Assembly (NCBI GenBank): GCA_000146045.2
Contig: BK006949.2
Location: 128,001-192,000 of the forward strand
Length of the DNA: 64,000 bases
Direction of reading: 5' to 3'
Origin: TPA_inf: Saccharomyces
Taxonomy: Eukaryota
The notes under the pieces were generated by a model, which was not told where the DNA came from, made no database searches, and saw only the letters and a program-made list of their open reading frames with translations. Numbering within the stretch: the stretch's first letter is position 1; every line of letters begins with the position of its first letter. Shown in pieces: positions 43,295 to 55,392 of this stretch. The translations under genes were made by a program, and so were the position numbers.

Positions 43295-43483
43295 ACCTCC
43301 AAATTACCCCAAATAAAAAAAAAGAAAACTCCGGAAATGCGGGGTTGAGCTGCAATATAATAATAATATGGCAACTTTAGCCGCGCAATCGAAGATACAG
43401 TAAATATAGTAAAAACGTGTCTGCAAATGGCTACTTTCGATCCTTCTTCCCAAAAGGCAATATTGCAGAAGAAGAACTAGAAA

Positions 43484-43954
43484 ATGATGGATGGTTCCAT
43501 AACAAGGAAGGTAACATCAACGTTGTCCAACCAATTGGCGACCTGGAAATGGAAACTGCAGTTATCGTTATTGGAAAGAAAATTAGCGACAATAAACAAT
43601 GATTATTTTCTCCTGCAATGGGAACTCCTTTTTATAACTAATGAAGTGATGAAATGGAAAGAAATGATTGCCTTTTTGGAAAGCCAGTTATTTTGCACAA
43701 CGCAAAATTTCGTGGCACAAGAGACACATGACAGGGAAACCTTTCAAAGCCTGGTAGATGATTATAACAAACAGTTGAGCGAAAATAACCTGATTATTTC
43801 TGTATTGAAAAGTAGACCACAGCTATCATCATTTCCTATATATTTGAGCGATGAGGTGTGTTCACACCTTAAATTCGTCATCGCGGAACTAAATTCATTG
43901 ATAATAGTTTTTTTTATTTCTTTAGTATTTTTGTGGGTATCGATAGAAGTTTAA
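43484..43954 (+). CDS. CSM4: Csm4, a meiotic telomere-led chromosome movement protein (156 aa, tail-anchored)
   Basis: The 156-aa [21 protein letters not shown]... ends in a hydrophobic C-terminal TM segment. Confidence 0.85.
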
Positions 43955-44032
43955 ACTTTCAATAAGTGGCTAATGATTTCGCATTTATTACTATAAAAAA
44001 AATACAGTCTTAGGATTATTCTCTATTTATCC

Positions 44033-44755
44033 TCACGCCAAACTTTGTATACAATTACAAAAGATTTTGAATATACTAGTCAAAGTACTATCTTTGTTGT
44101 CATTGCCACTGTTATTATAATTCTGAGCTTGACCTTGAGGCTGTCCTCCATTGTTGTTATATTGAGGATGTGGTTGTGCATTGTACTGATTAGTGGGGGC
44201 ATTCACTGCGGGGCCATCCATCTGCATTTGCACACCTTGCAACTCAAGCACCAAGACTCCTGAATTTCCTTTTTCCAAATGGTTTCTGATACCATGCTTA
44301 GCACAGAACTCCTCAATTGACGGTTTGAGTTTCGCTATACCGTTTTGAGAATGCAACCCTTTTCCAACAATAACGTTCAGTTGTGGTTCATTATGATCAA
44401 TAGCGAATTTGATTCTTTTTTGGAGAATAAATAGGGCCTCTTTTACGTATAATCCATGTAAGTCAATTTCATTACTGGAAGAATCAGCATTGTTCTCTAC
44501 AAACACATATTCTGCCGCTTGCATGTTAAAATCTTCAGCGGTTTTCAGTTGTGCCTTACTTTTCTCGCTTAGTTCATGAGCTAGCTTCTTGTCACCTTGT
44601 TGATAAGCGGTTTGCGATTCATGGCTGAGTTGGTCTCTTTTCTTATACGCTTCATCTGCTAATCTTCTCAATCTTTGATACTCTTCATCAGTGCTATGAT
44701 TGTAGTCCCTTACAGGATTCTGAGTTCCGACTACTACTCCACCTGTTCCTTTCAT
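44033..44755 (-). CDS. YPL199C: YPL199C, an Smr-domain protein (240 aa)
   Basis: A 240-aa ORF whose length and position match. It has a Gln/Asn-rich C-terminus. Confidence 0.75.
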   Translation of the reverse strand: MKGTGGVVVGTQNPVRDYNHSTDEEYQRLRRLADEAYKKRDQLSHESQTAYQQGDKKLAHELSEKSKAQLKTAEDFNMQAAEYVFVENNADSSSNEIDLHGLYVKEALFILQKRIKFAIDHNEPQLNVIVGKGLHSQNGIAKLKPSIEEFCAKHGIRNHLEKGNSGVLVLELQGVQMQMDGPAVNAPTNQYNAQPHPQYNNNGGQPQGQAQNYNNSGNDNKDSTLTSIFKIFCNCIQSLA

Positions 44756-44930
44756 AGTTTTAAGTGCGGCGCTTTAGCTTCAAACTGACTCATGGTTGCG
44801 TAAAAACATGGTTGCTTTTTGTCGTTTTCCTCGAAAGGCTTTACCTTTTCATTAAGCCGCTCCATTTTAAAATGTTTTAATAAATCCACTTTTTTCCGGC
44901 GCATAATGGATCCAGAAAGGAACTGGCAAC

Positions 44931-44944
44931 TAAATCCGTACATT
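44931..44944 (+). promoter_or_regulatory. Candidate Rap1-type site (AAATCCGTACATTT) upstream of RPL7B
   Basis: The site resembles the ribosomal-protein-gene Rap1 consensus ACAYCCRTACATYT and lies about 210 bp upstream of the RPL7B ATG. It is a motif match only. Confidence 0.3.
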
Positions 44945-45151
44945 TCTGAAATTATTTCAGTTCGCAGATTATTTTCTCAGTTTTACCGTATATTCTTATG
45001 TATTACAGTTGAGGTACCCACACGCGCACTTGAAAAGTATATAAAAGTGAAATATTTCAGAGCTCTTCCTATTGCTTTTTCAATAGAGGCTTAAATCTTC
45101 CTCGTTTGTAGAGTAAGTAGACCCATATTACAAATCTCCATCAACGTCATA

Positions 45152-45162
45152 ATGTCCACTGA
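45152..45162 (+). CDS. RPL7B: RPL7B exon 1 (11 nt: ATGTCCACTGA)
   Basis: ATG TCC ACT GA is followed by a GTATGT 5' splice site. Joined to exon 2 it gives [15 protein letters not shown], the canonical L7 N-terminus. Confidence 0.85.
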
Positions 45163-46843
<1,681 letters not shown>

Positions 46844-47042
46844 GTACAGCTAGAGAATCTCACATAGGAGTATCCCTGTAGTTAGTTCCGCGCGGTTCGA
46901 TCACGGATATACTTTCAACAATGGCAGTATGAAAGCCTGTTATAAAAAAGAAGGAAACAATAAACGAAGTGCTTTTTTGCCTCCTAAATTATTCAATTTG
47001 ACAACTGATTTCCAGCCATTCATTATTCAGTGAGGAGCGACA

Positions 47043-47864
47043 ATGTTTGGAGTCAAGGATGCTATATTCAAGATTAAACGTTCCATTGCAGGCACAGATT
47101 CTTCTGATTCCACTGCTTACACAACGGCAAGTGAATCTTCACCTCAATTAAAAGATTCCCATAACCCCTTTCGAAATAAAACGACATCCGAGAGAACTAT
47201 AGTTGAGGAGGGCTCTCTACCACCGGTGAGATTGAATGGCTACTTGCCCTCAACTAAAAATAAACTTCTTACTCCTGAAATGTGCGATGAAATAAGAACA
47301 TTAATGCCCACGAGGATACAGTTGTACACCGAATGGAACCTTCTATATAGCCTTGAGCAACATGGGTCTTCATTACACTCCCTGTATAGTAACGTTGCTC
47401 CAGATAGCAAGGAATTTAGAAGAGTGGGGTATGTATTAGTAATAAAGGATCGTAAAAACGGAATCTTTGGAGCTTACAGCAACGAAGCTTTTCATCCTAA
47501 CGAACATAGGCAATACACAGGAAACGGGGAATGTTTTCTATGGAAGCTGGATAAAGTACCTGATGTTAATATATCCGAAAAAGAAGAATCTGAGCAAGAA
47601 GGTAAAGAAGGTAAGGAGGAAGGGGATAAAGAGGAGAGATGGAGGTTTTCAGGTTATCCTTACACTGGAGTTAACGAATTTGCTATATACTGTACATCTG
47701 AATTTCTTTCAATGGGTGCAGGTGATGGTCATTATGGTCTTTTATGCGATGACGGCCTACTCCATGGTGTTTCAAACCCTTGTCAAACATATGGCAATGA
47801 AGTTTTGAGTAAGGAGGGCAAAAAATTTTCTATAGTAGCTTTGGAAGTATGGCGTGTAGGATAG
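47043..47864 (+). CDS. OXR1: Oxr1, a TLDc-domain oxidation resistance protein (273 aa)
   Basis: A 273-aa ORF with a C-terminal TLDc-like region (GYVLVIKDRKNGIFGAY...). It matches YPL196W. Confidence 0.8.
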   Translation: MFGVKDAIFKIKRSIAGTDSSDSTAYTTASESSPQLKDSHNPFRNKTTSERTIVEEGSLPPVRLNGYLPSTKNKLLTPEMCDEIRTLMPTRIQLYTEWNLLYSLEQHGSSLHSLYSNVAPDSKEFRRVGYVLVIKDRKNGIFGAYSNEAFHPNEHRQYTGNGECFLWKLDKVPDVNISEKEESEQEGKEGKEEGDKEERWRFSGYPYTGVNEFAIYCTSEFLSMGAGDGHYGLLCDDGLLHGVSNPCQTYGNEVLSKEGKKFSIVALEVWRVG

Positions 47865-48222
47865 TGTCATCTATTTAAATATCATACTATGTATTTATGA
47901 ATGAGAACCTCATGATTGTAAACGAGAAACACTCCTTTAAATAGCCTAAACCGTATCCTCAGTAAGAAAAACTAGAAAATACGGTCCTAATACTTGCATG
48001 TGTTTTATGAGTGACGAAATAAATAGGAAAAGAAAAATATTTTAATACAAACTATCATTTATTGAAATGCTCTTTTTCATTTTCTTCATTAAATCATTGT
48101 ATGCAGGCTGGGAAAAACAACCTTGCAATCTCCCAATGTGAAAAAAAAAAGAAAATGAAGATACGAACATACCTGAAGTGGGAAAGGCAGTTGCCACAAC
48201 CAGAAGAGCATAACATATTGTC

Positions 48223-51021
48223 ATGACCTCTTTATATGCACCTGGGGCGGAGGATATTCGGCAAAGGTTACGTCCTTTTGGGTTTTTCTTTGAGAAATCA
48301 CTAAAGGATTTGATTAAGGGTATTAGGTCTCACAACGAAACACCAGAAAAACTGGATCAATTCTTTAAACAAGTATTAAGTGAATGCCGGGAAGAAGTGA
48401 ACTCTCCAGATCTAAATTCTAAGACCAATGCCGTTCTTAAATTGACCTATTTAGAGATGTACGGTTTTGACATGGCTTGGTGCAACTTTCATATCTTAGA
48501 GGTTATGAGCAGTAATAAACTTCAACAAAAACGTGTGGGGTATTTGGCTGCATCACAATCTTTTTACAAAGATTCTGACATTTTGATGCTTGCAACTAAC
48601 TTGTTGAAAAAAGACTTAAAGTATGACGGAAACAATGATGTTGTTAAAGTTGGCATTGCTTTAAGTGGTCTTTCCACTATAATTACACCCTCATTAGCAA
48701 GAGATATAGCTGATGATTTGTTCACTATGCTAAACAGCACAAGACCGTACATAAGAAAGAAGGCCATTACCGCACTATTTAAAGTTTTTCTGCAATATCC
48801 AGAGGCTTTGAGAGATAATTTTGATAAGTTTGTTTCAAAGCTAGACGATGATGATATATCTGTGGTTTCTGCCGCTGTCAGTGTTATTTGCGAGCTATCA
48901 AAAAAAAACCCCCAACCATTCATCCAGCTTTCACCTTTATTATACGAGATATTAGTTACCATTGACAATAACTGGATAATCATTAGATTATTGAAGTTAT
49001 TCACCAACTTATCACAAGTGGAACCGAAATTGAGAGCCAAGTTATTGCCGAAAATTTTAGAACTGATGGAGAGTACTGTTGCAACTTCTGTGATCTATGA
49101 ATCTGTCAACTGTATTGTCAAGGGGAATATGCTAGAAGAAGATGATTTTGAAACAGCAATGGCATGCCTGGAAAGATTGCACACATTTTGTGATTCTCAG
49201 GATCCAAATTTGAGATATATTAGCTGCATATTGTTTTACAAGATCGGCAAAATCAATACTGATTTTATTTCTCGGTTCGACCAACTGATTATACGCTTAC
49301 TCTCCGATGTCGACGTTTCTATAAGATCAAAAGCAATTGAATTGGTTGAAGGTATTGTTGATGAGGATAACTTAAAGGCAATTGTCCAAACATTGATGAA
49401 GCAATTTGTAGATGAAGATGTGGTTATCCTACAAACTGGAAGCATCGTATACGAAAAATCAAAGAGAATTCCCATAATAATTCCAGAAAATTACAAGATA
49501 AAAATGGTGAACGTCATTATATCGATTTGTTCAGCTGACAACTATTCCAGTGTTAACGACTTTGAATGGTACAATGCAGTAATAATGGACTTGGCGATGC
49601 TCTGTCAAGACATATCTGATAAAAGCCTTGGATCAAAAATTGGTGAACAGTTTAGGAATTTGATGATAAAAGTTCCTTCAATGAGAGAAGTAACCATTGC
49701 TAATATTATAAAGCTTATTTCAAATGACAATATTAACAAACAGTTGCCTACCGTATTGAGAGAATGCATTTGGTGTCTCGGAGAATTTTCTACCCTAGTT
49801 GAAAATGGTAACGACTTAATAAAAATCATGACTGAGAATATCAGTTATTATTCTCATAGTGTACAAGAAGTTTTAATTTTAGCACTTGTTAAAGTATTTA
49901 GTAATTGGTGTAATAACTTTCAGGAGGATAAACGCTTTGAAATTAAAATGGTGTTAAAAGAGCTAATTGAATTTTTTGAAAATTTATCTTATTCGAGTAC
50001 ATTCGAAGTCCAGGAAAGAAGCGTAGAAGTTTTAGAATTTTTAAGACTAAGTTTGGAGGCTTTAGAGGAGGATACGGAAGGTCTACCAATGCTACTGAGC
50101 GAAGTCCTGCCTAGTTTTTTTAACGCCTATGAACTCGCACCAATTGCGCGTGGGACTCAATTGAAGTTAGCAGTAGATGAGAATCTTGATCTAGAAACTC
50201 CATTTTTGACAAAGGAGGCAGCTGATGAACTCTTAGATGAACAAAAAAGTGACGCCATCAGTGATTTAATGTCTGATATCTCAATGGACGAGCAAGTTGA
50301 ACTAAAATTCGTTGATGATTCTGATACTTCGTATGAAGAAAAGGAAAAATTGGATGATTTTGAAAATCCATTTGAGATTGAGAGAGAAAAGGAACGGATG
50401 TCAAATCCTTATTATCTAGGTGAAGAAGACGAAGAAAGAACTAAGAACTCTAAAGATTTGTTGGACTTGAATGAGGAGGAAAGTAGTGATAAAAAGCCAG
50501 AAACTATTAGATTAAATAGAACCGATAATTCGTTGAATTCTCTAAGTTTATCTACAACTGAAATCAGCAGAAAGAAGAAGAAGGGAAAGAAGAAAAATAG
50601 GGTTCAAGTCTTATCCGATGAACCTGTTATCGAAGCCGCTCCCAAAAGGAAAGATGCATTCCAGAAACCCCATGATAATCATTCAACTCAAAATCCTTTG
50701 AAAAAGGACAAGATTAATCTGAGAATGCACTCTCAACTTGAAAATTTTGATTTTTCCAATTTTGGGCAATCGAGTAACGCAGGAAGAGGATCGCAGGAAG
50801 AGGGCAACCTTAGAAAGGAAGACGAGTTAGAATTAAGTCGTTTAGAGGCCAATCTTATTGTAAAAGATGAAAAGGATAATTTAAGTGATACTGAAGAAGT
50901 TATAGTTATAAAAAAGAAGAAGAAAGGGAAAAAGTCAAAGTCAAAAAACAAACTAAAAACGAAAGCAAAAAATTCTCCAGAACCAAATGAATTTCTTCGA
51001 GACCAAAGCACTGACATTTAA
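48223..51021 (+). CDS. APL5: Apl5, the AP-3 delta adaptin (932 aa)
   Basis: A 932-aa ORF with N-terminal adaptin HEAT/ARM repeats and an acidic plus Lys-rich C-terminal ear. Confidence 0.88.
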   Translation: MTSLYAPGAEDIRQRLRPFGFFFEKSLKDLIKGIRSHNETPEKLDQFFKQVLSECREEVNSPDLNSKTNAVLKLTYLEMYGFDMAWCNFHILEVMSSNKLQQKRVGYLAASQSFYKDSDILMLATNLLKKDLKYDGNNDVVKVGIALSGLSTIITPSLARDIADDLFTMLNSTRPYIRKKAITALFKVFLQYPEALRDNFDKFVSKLDDDDISVVSAAVSVICELSKKNPQPFIQLSPLLYEILVTIDNNWIIIRLLKLFTNLSQVEPKLRAKLLPKILELMESTVATSVIYESVNCIVKGNMLEEDDFETAMACLERLHTFCDSQDPNLRYISCILFYKIGKINTDFISRFDQLIIRLLSDVDVSIRSKAIELVEGIVDEDNLKAIVQTLMKQFVDEDVVILQTGSIVYEKSKRIPIIIPENYKIKMVNVIISICSADNYSSVNDFEWYNAVIMDLAMLCQDISDKSLGSKIGEQFRNLMIKVPSMREVTIANIIKLISNDNINKQLPTVLRECIWCLGEFSTLVENGNDLIKIMTENISYYSHSVQEVLILALVKVFSNWCNNFQEDKRFEIKMVLKELIEFFENLSYSSTFEVQERSVEVLEFLRLSLEALEEDTEGLPMLLSEVLPSFFNAYELAPIARGTQLKLAVDENLDLETPFLTKEAADELLDEQKSDAISDLMSDISMDEQVELKFVDDSDTSYEEKEKLDDFENPFEIEREKERMSNPYYLGEEDEERTKNSKDLLDLNEEESSDKKPETIRLNRTDNSLNSLSLSTTEISRKKKKGKKKNRVQVLSDEPVIEAAPKRKDAFQKPHDNHSTQNPLKKDKINLRMHSQLENFDFSNFGQSSNAGRGSQEEGNLRKEDELELSRLEANLIVKDEKDNLSDTEEVIVIKKKKKGKKSKSKNKLKTKAKNSPEPNEFLRDQSTDI

Positions 51022-51276
51022 CGATAAAAAAATCGAAGTCGTGAATTCTCAATGACAGCGATTACGTACGTAAACTATAATTAATTTAAGTATTTTATTC
51101 TGCATAGTATATTATTGCGGTGCACTCAATTTGCCGAAAGAGACGGCATATTTAATAATGACGCGAATGAATCAAAGGCCGCCAAAGGTAATCATAGACC
51201 AGAGATGATTTGCAAAATTATTTGACATACTATTGCTAGTGTAACAATAACACAGCATAACTTTGCTTAGACATAT

Positions 51277-53115
51277 ATGTCATTTAAGGCAACTATCACC
51301 GAGTCGGGGAAGCAGAATATCTGGTTTCGTGCGATATATGTGTTATCTACAATTCAGGATGATATCAAGATTACAGTGACAACAAATGAGTTAATTGCTT
51401 GGTCAATGAACGAGACAGATACTACTCTTTGTCAGGTTAGGTTTCAGAAAAGCTTTTTTGAGGAGTATGAGTTTAAACCACATGAGATTGTATTTGGAGA
51501 AAATGGGGTTCAAGTTATAGAAGATACGTACGGCAATAGTCATAAGTTATACTCCTTCCGTGTTAATGGAAGACACCTAACAACTATATCAAGAAAGCCG
51601 GATGGTGATGGCATCAAATCATTCACAATTGCGGTAAACAACACTTCTACCTGTCCTGAATCACTTGCAAATAGATTGATTGTGGTGATTGAAATGGATT
51701 CGTTAATAGTCAAAGAATACTGTCCCCAATTCCAGCCAATAAAATACGATCCCATAATAATCAACCTTAAGTACAAAAGGAGGTTTTTGGATGTTTTTGG
51801 AACTGCTGCCTCCGATCGGAATCCACAGGAGCCCTTGGACCCTAAGCTATTGGACGTTTTTACAAATACAGAGCGTGAGCTAACATCAGCCTTATTTAAC
51901 GAAGAAGTGGAATCAGACATACGTAAAAGGAATCAGTTAACGGCTGCTGATGAGATTAATTACATTTGTTGTAATTCAACTTTATTGAAGAATTTTTTAG
52001 ACAACTGCAATGTTAATGTAACCGATGAAGTAAAATTGGAAATTAACGTACATAGGCTAAGCATAACTGCATTCACCAAGGCCGTCTACGGCAAAAATAA
52101 CGACCTTTTAAGAAATGCGTTAAGCATGAGTAACACTATCAGTACGCTCGATCTTGAGCATTATTGCTTATTTACAACAATCGAAGATGAAAAACAAGAT
52201 AAGCGATCACATAGTAAGCGTAGAGAGCATATGAAAAGTATAATATTCAAATTGAAGGACTTCAAAAACTTCATAACGATAGGTCCATCCTGGAAGACTA
52301 CCCAGGACGGAAATGATAATATAAGTTTATGGTTTTGCCACCCAGGGGACCCTATTCTTATGCAAATGCAAAAACCGGGCGTAAAATTAGAATTGGTTGA
52401 AGTTACTGACAGTAACATTAACGATGATATTTTAGAAGGAAAATTCATAAAAACAGCAATCTCTGGCTCCAAAGAAGAGGCCGGACTGAAAGACAACAAA
52501 GAAAGCTGCGAAAGTCCATTAAAAAGCAAAACTGCTTTAAAGAGAGAAAACCTGCCACACTCTGTGGCTGGAACTCGAAACAGTCCTTTGAAAGTGTCGT
52601 ATCTGACCCCTGATAATGGAAGCACAGTTGCTAAGACCTATAGAAATAACACGGCAAGAAAATTATTCGTGGAAGAACAAAGCCAAAGTACGAATTACGA
52701 ACAAGATAAGCGGTTCCGGCAGGCTAGTTCAGTTCATATGAACATGAATCGGGAACAAAGTTTTGACATTGGTACGACTCATGAAGTGGCCTGTCCACGT
52801 AATGAGAGCAATTCTTTAAAAAGATCCATAGCAGATATTTGTAATGAAACTGAAGACCCCACCCAACAATCTACATTTGCAAAAAGGGCAGACACCACTG
52901 TGACATGGGGAAAAGCGTTACCAGCTGCAGATGATGAGGTTTCATGCAGCAATATCGATAGAAAAGGAATGCTCAAGAAAGAAAAATTGAAGCATATGCA
53001 AGGTCTGTTGAATTCCCAGAATGACACAAGTAATCACAAGAAACAGGACAATAAAGAGATGGAAGATGGGCTGGGTCTAACACAAGTAGAAAAGCCAAGG
53101 GGTATATTTGACTAA
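51277..53115 (+). CDS. DDC1: Ddc1, a 9-1-1 checkpoint clamp subunit (612 aa)
   Basis: The 612-aa ORF MSFKATITESGKQNIWFRAIYVLSTIQDDIKITVT... matches YPL194W. Confidence 0.85.
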   Translation: MSFKATITESGKQNIWFRAIYVLSTIQDDIKITVTTNELIAWSMNETDTTLCQVRFQKSFFEEYEFKPHEIVFGENGVQVIEDTYGNSHKLYSFRVNGRHLTTISRKPDGDGIKSFTIAVNNTSTCPESLANRLIVVIEMDSLIVKEYCPQFQPIKYDPIIINLKYKRRFLDVFGTAASDRNPQEPLDPKLLDVFTNTERELTSALFNEEVESDIRKRNQLTAADEINYICCNSTLLKNFLDNCNVNVTDEVKLEINVHRLSITAFTKAVYGKNNDLLRNALSMSNTISTLDLEHYCLFTTIEDEKQDKRSHSKRREHMKSIIFKLKDFKNFITIGPSWKTTQDGNDNISLWFCHPGDPILMQMQKPGVKLELVEVTDSNINDDILEGKFIKTAISGSKEEAGLKDNKESCESPLKSKTALKRENLPHSVAGTRNSPLKVSYLTPDNGSTVAKTYRNNTARKLFVEEQSQSTNYEQDKRFRQASSVHMNMNREQSFDIGTTHEVACPRNESNSLKRSIADICNETEDPTQQSTFAKRADTTVTWGKALPAADDEVSCSNIDRKGMLKKEKLKHMQGLLNSQNDTSNHKKQDNKEMEDGLGLTQVEKPRGIFD

Positions 53116-53402
53116 AACCATAATGCAAAATCAGTATAAAGGCGTGTAAATATTAGATGAAGTAGCAATTATCATGATAATATCGATCGCTGTTTTTTTT
53201 TTTTTTTCTGTCTCAATTTGGTGAGCGTGCGGCTGATGGTCCATCACGGTCGGGGAACAAACTAAAATTTTCAATAGCATAATATCTCTATATTGCATAG
53301 CTTTTTACTTAATAGGAACTTAAAAATTTCATTGATGCTATTATATTTAACTCATAAGTCAATCTCTTTTTCCATTTTGATTAGCTTATTGCGACATGGA
53401 CT

Positions 53403-54548
53403 ATGAATTATAATAACTTTGAAAATTCGAAGGGTGATGGACATTCTAGGCTTCCCAAACCTACATACTCCGGAACGCTATCAGATGGCTATGATGAATC
53501 GAAAATTAAAAGGCAAAAAACAGACTCTGCTTTTAATGCAGCTTACTCACCTCATATGTATCCGAACTCTCCGTATTATGAAGGTTCATGGAATACCGGT
53601 TATACTCCTCAACTTCATCATGTAGCCCCTCATAATCAATATTTCCATCCAATACAACCGTCCACTCAGTACAATTATACGAGTCCTCCCAATTATACAG
53701 AAAATTACATACCGCCAGTTCATCAGAATATATCTTATGCACCAGCGCTTAATTTACAGAAGTGGCCATCATCATATTGTGAAAACACTCAAGCCTTAAA
53801 GAATGATAAAGATTACCAAACATCAATTAGTTATGAAGATGTTGCAATACCGACCGTAAAGGAAATACAATTGATTGAGAAAAACAGAGGGAAAGATACG
53901 TTTATGAATGAAATAAGTCCAGTACCATCAAGCAAGGATCAAGCATCTGCGGAGCCTACAGAAATCCCAAGAAAGGATCCCGAGCTGGCAAATTCTAATG
54001 CCGAAGATGATCATAATAACTTAGGGCTAGAAGATGATGATCGTGATGAGCAGTTAGAATCAGAGGGGTTGGGTAAGGTGGTTTTGGTTCCTGGAACCTC
54101 CATAGCATTGATTACTGATGAAGATGTTAAAAAGTGGAGAGAAGAAAGAAAAAAAATGTGGCTACTGAAAATATCCAATAACAAACAGAAACATATGCAA
54201 GAAATGGGCATAAAGGAAGATGAACTGAAGAGCCAACCTAGCATTTTCAAAGAGTCAAGGAAAGAAAAGCAATTTATACAGAGTATTCAAAATCAAGTGC
54301 AGAGAGGAAATCCGAAGATTGACTTGAACTTGAAATTGATACAGCGAGAATTCGCAAACGAAAACTCCCAACTTTTGGACTTTATAAGAGAATTGGGAGA
54401 TGTAGGATTACTTGAATATGAGCTATCTCAACAAGAAAAAGATGTACTTTTTGGGAGCTCTGAAGATAATAATAAAAATCATTACAAACCAAATTACAAA
54501 AACAGGAAACCTAATCTGAGTAGAGCCAACTTTACTAGAAATAAGTAA
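53403..54548 (+). CDS. RSA1: Rsa1, a box C/D snoRNP and 60S assembly factor (381 aa)
   Basis: A 381-aa ORF whose length and position match YPL193W. Confidence 0.8.
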   Translation: MNYNNFENSKGDGHSRLPKPTYSGTLSDGYDESKIKRQKTDSAFNAAYSPHMYPNSPYYEGSWNTGYTPQLHHVAPHNQYFHPIQPSTQYNYTSPPNYTENYIPPVHQNISYAPALNLQKWPSSYCENTQALKNDKDYQTSISYEDVAIPTVKEIQLIEKNRGKDTFMNEISPVPSSKDQASAEPTEIPRKDPELANSNAEDDHNNLGLEDDDRDEQLESEGLGKVVLVPGTSIALITDEDVKKWREERKKMWLLKISNNKQKHMQEMGIKEDELKSQPSIFKESRKEKQFIQSIQNQVQRGNPKIDLNLKLIQREFANENSQLLDFIRELGDVGLLEYELSQQEKDVLFGSSEDNNKNHYKPNYKNRKPNLSRANFTRNK

Positions 54549-54654
54549 TAGAATAGCAAATATTGATATACATGGAAGAGTACATGCAAAGGTGCGTAAA
54601 AAAAAATAAGTCAGATAAAACTAATTACTGTTTAGAAATCATGAGTATATGAAA

Positions 54655-55056
54655 CTAATTTTGAAGAGCTTTAACTGCTAGGTTACTTAAAACAGTAGTT
54701 ACAGCAGCACCAAGGAACGAACCGAAAATGGCACCTTGGTAAAATGAACCCTTATTCTCTCTCTGTACTTTACTTTCAGAAGCGTCTTTTTTCTTACTTT
54801 TCGTTCGTGATTTTGTGGAAGATGTTGTCGTTTTGTGCTTCCTGACTCTACCAGGCGACACAGCCTTCTTAATGTGTTGTTCATTATTAACTAATGACTT
54901 TTTATTAAGCGGTCCACCGTTTTTGGCTTTATTTATAACGAACCCATCAGCAGAGTTTGAACTTGCATCTGTCAGTTTATGCACTCTAAGTTTTTCTTGG
55001 TCGTTGTTTTTCTTCAGTGTAATCAATGCAGCGTTGTCTTCTTTCATTGCTGTCAT
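54655..55056 (-). CDS. PRM3: Prm3, a pheromone-regulated nuclear envelope protein needed for karyogamy (133 aa)
   Basis: A 133-aa ORF with a basic region and a C-terminal TM segment (GAIFGSFLGAAVTTVL). Confidence 0.82.
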   Translation of the reverse strand: MTAMKEDNAALITLKKNNDQEKLRVHKLTDASSNSADGFVINKAKNGGPLNKKSLVNNEQHIKKAVSPGRVRKHKTTTSSTKSRTKSKKKDASESKVQRENKGSFYQGAIFGSFLGAAVTTVLSNLAVKALQN

Positions 55057-55230
55057 TTTTTGGAGAAGTATTTATATATTTATTAGTTATTTAATGTGTT
55101 TATAAATTTATCTTGAGGCTGGTGAAATCTATTCCAAGTATTTTAAATATGTTTGCAAATGCGAGTCTACTACTTTGGTTCCATATGATGTCAGTTTTAC
55201 AACAATTTATACTAGAGATAGCCAATATAC

Positions 55231-55237
55231 TTGTTTC
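55231..55237 (-). promoter_or_regulatory. Pheromone response element (TGAAACA on the minus strand) in the PRM3 promoter
   Basis: The plus strand reads tgtttca. The site is about 175 bp upstream of the PRM3 ATG. Confidence 0.4.
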
Positions 55238-55392
55238 AGTTCTGTTTTGCCGTAATGGAATTATAGCTCCGACAAATGTAATCTTATGCACTGAAATTCA
55301 ATCCATTGTGACAAGAATTATGTATTTTAGTTCTTATTTGATTTATTTCGACGCCTCGCGCGCGCTCTTAGAATCCGGCCCGACAAAGGATC

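Noticed and set aside
41770-43374. The full 534-aa reading of the YIG1 ORF
   Set aside because: The upstream 73 codons pass through an A9 homopolymer, translate to an implausible FFFFIW segment, and overlap a URS1 promoter element for the divergent CSM4. The shorter 461-aa protein is preferred.
46880-46905. A tRNA-like B-box fragment (GGTTCGATC) downstream of RPL7B
   Set aside because: It has no matching A box, acceptor stem or cloverleaf. No Ty LTR is nearby, as would usually flank yeast tRNA genes.
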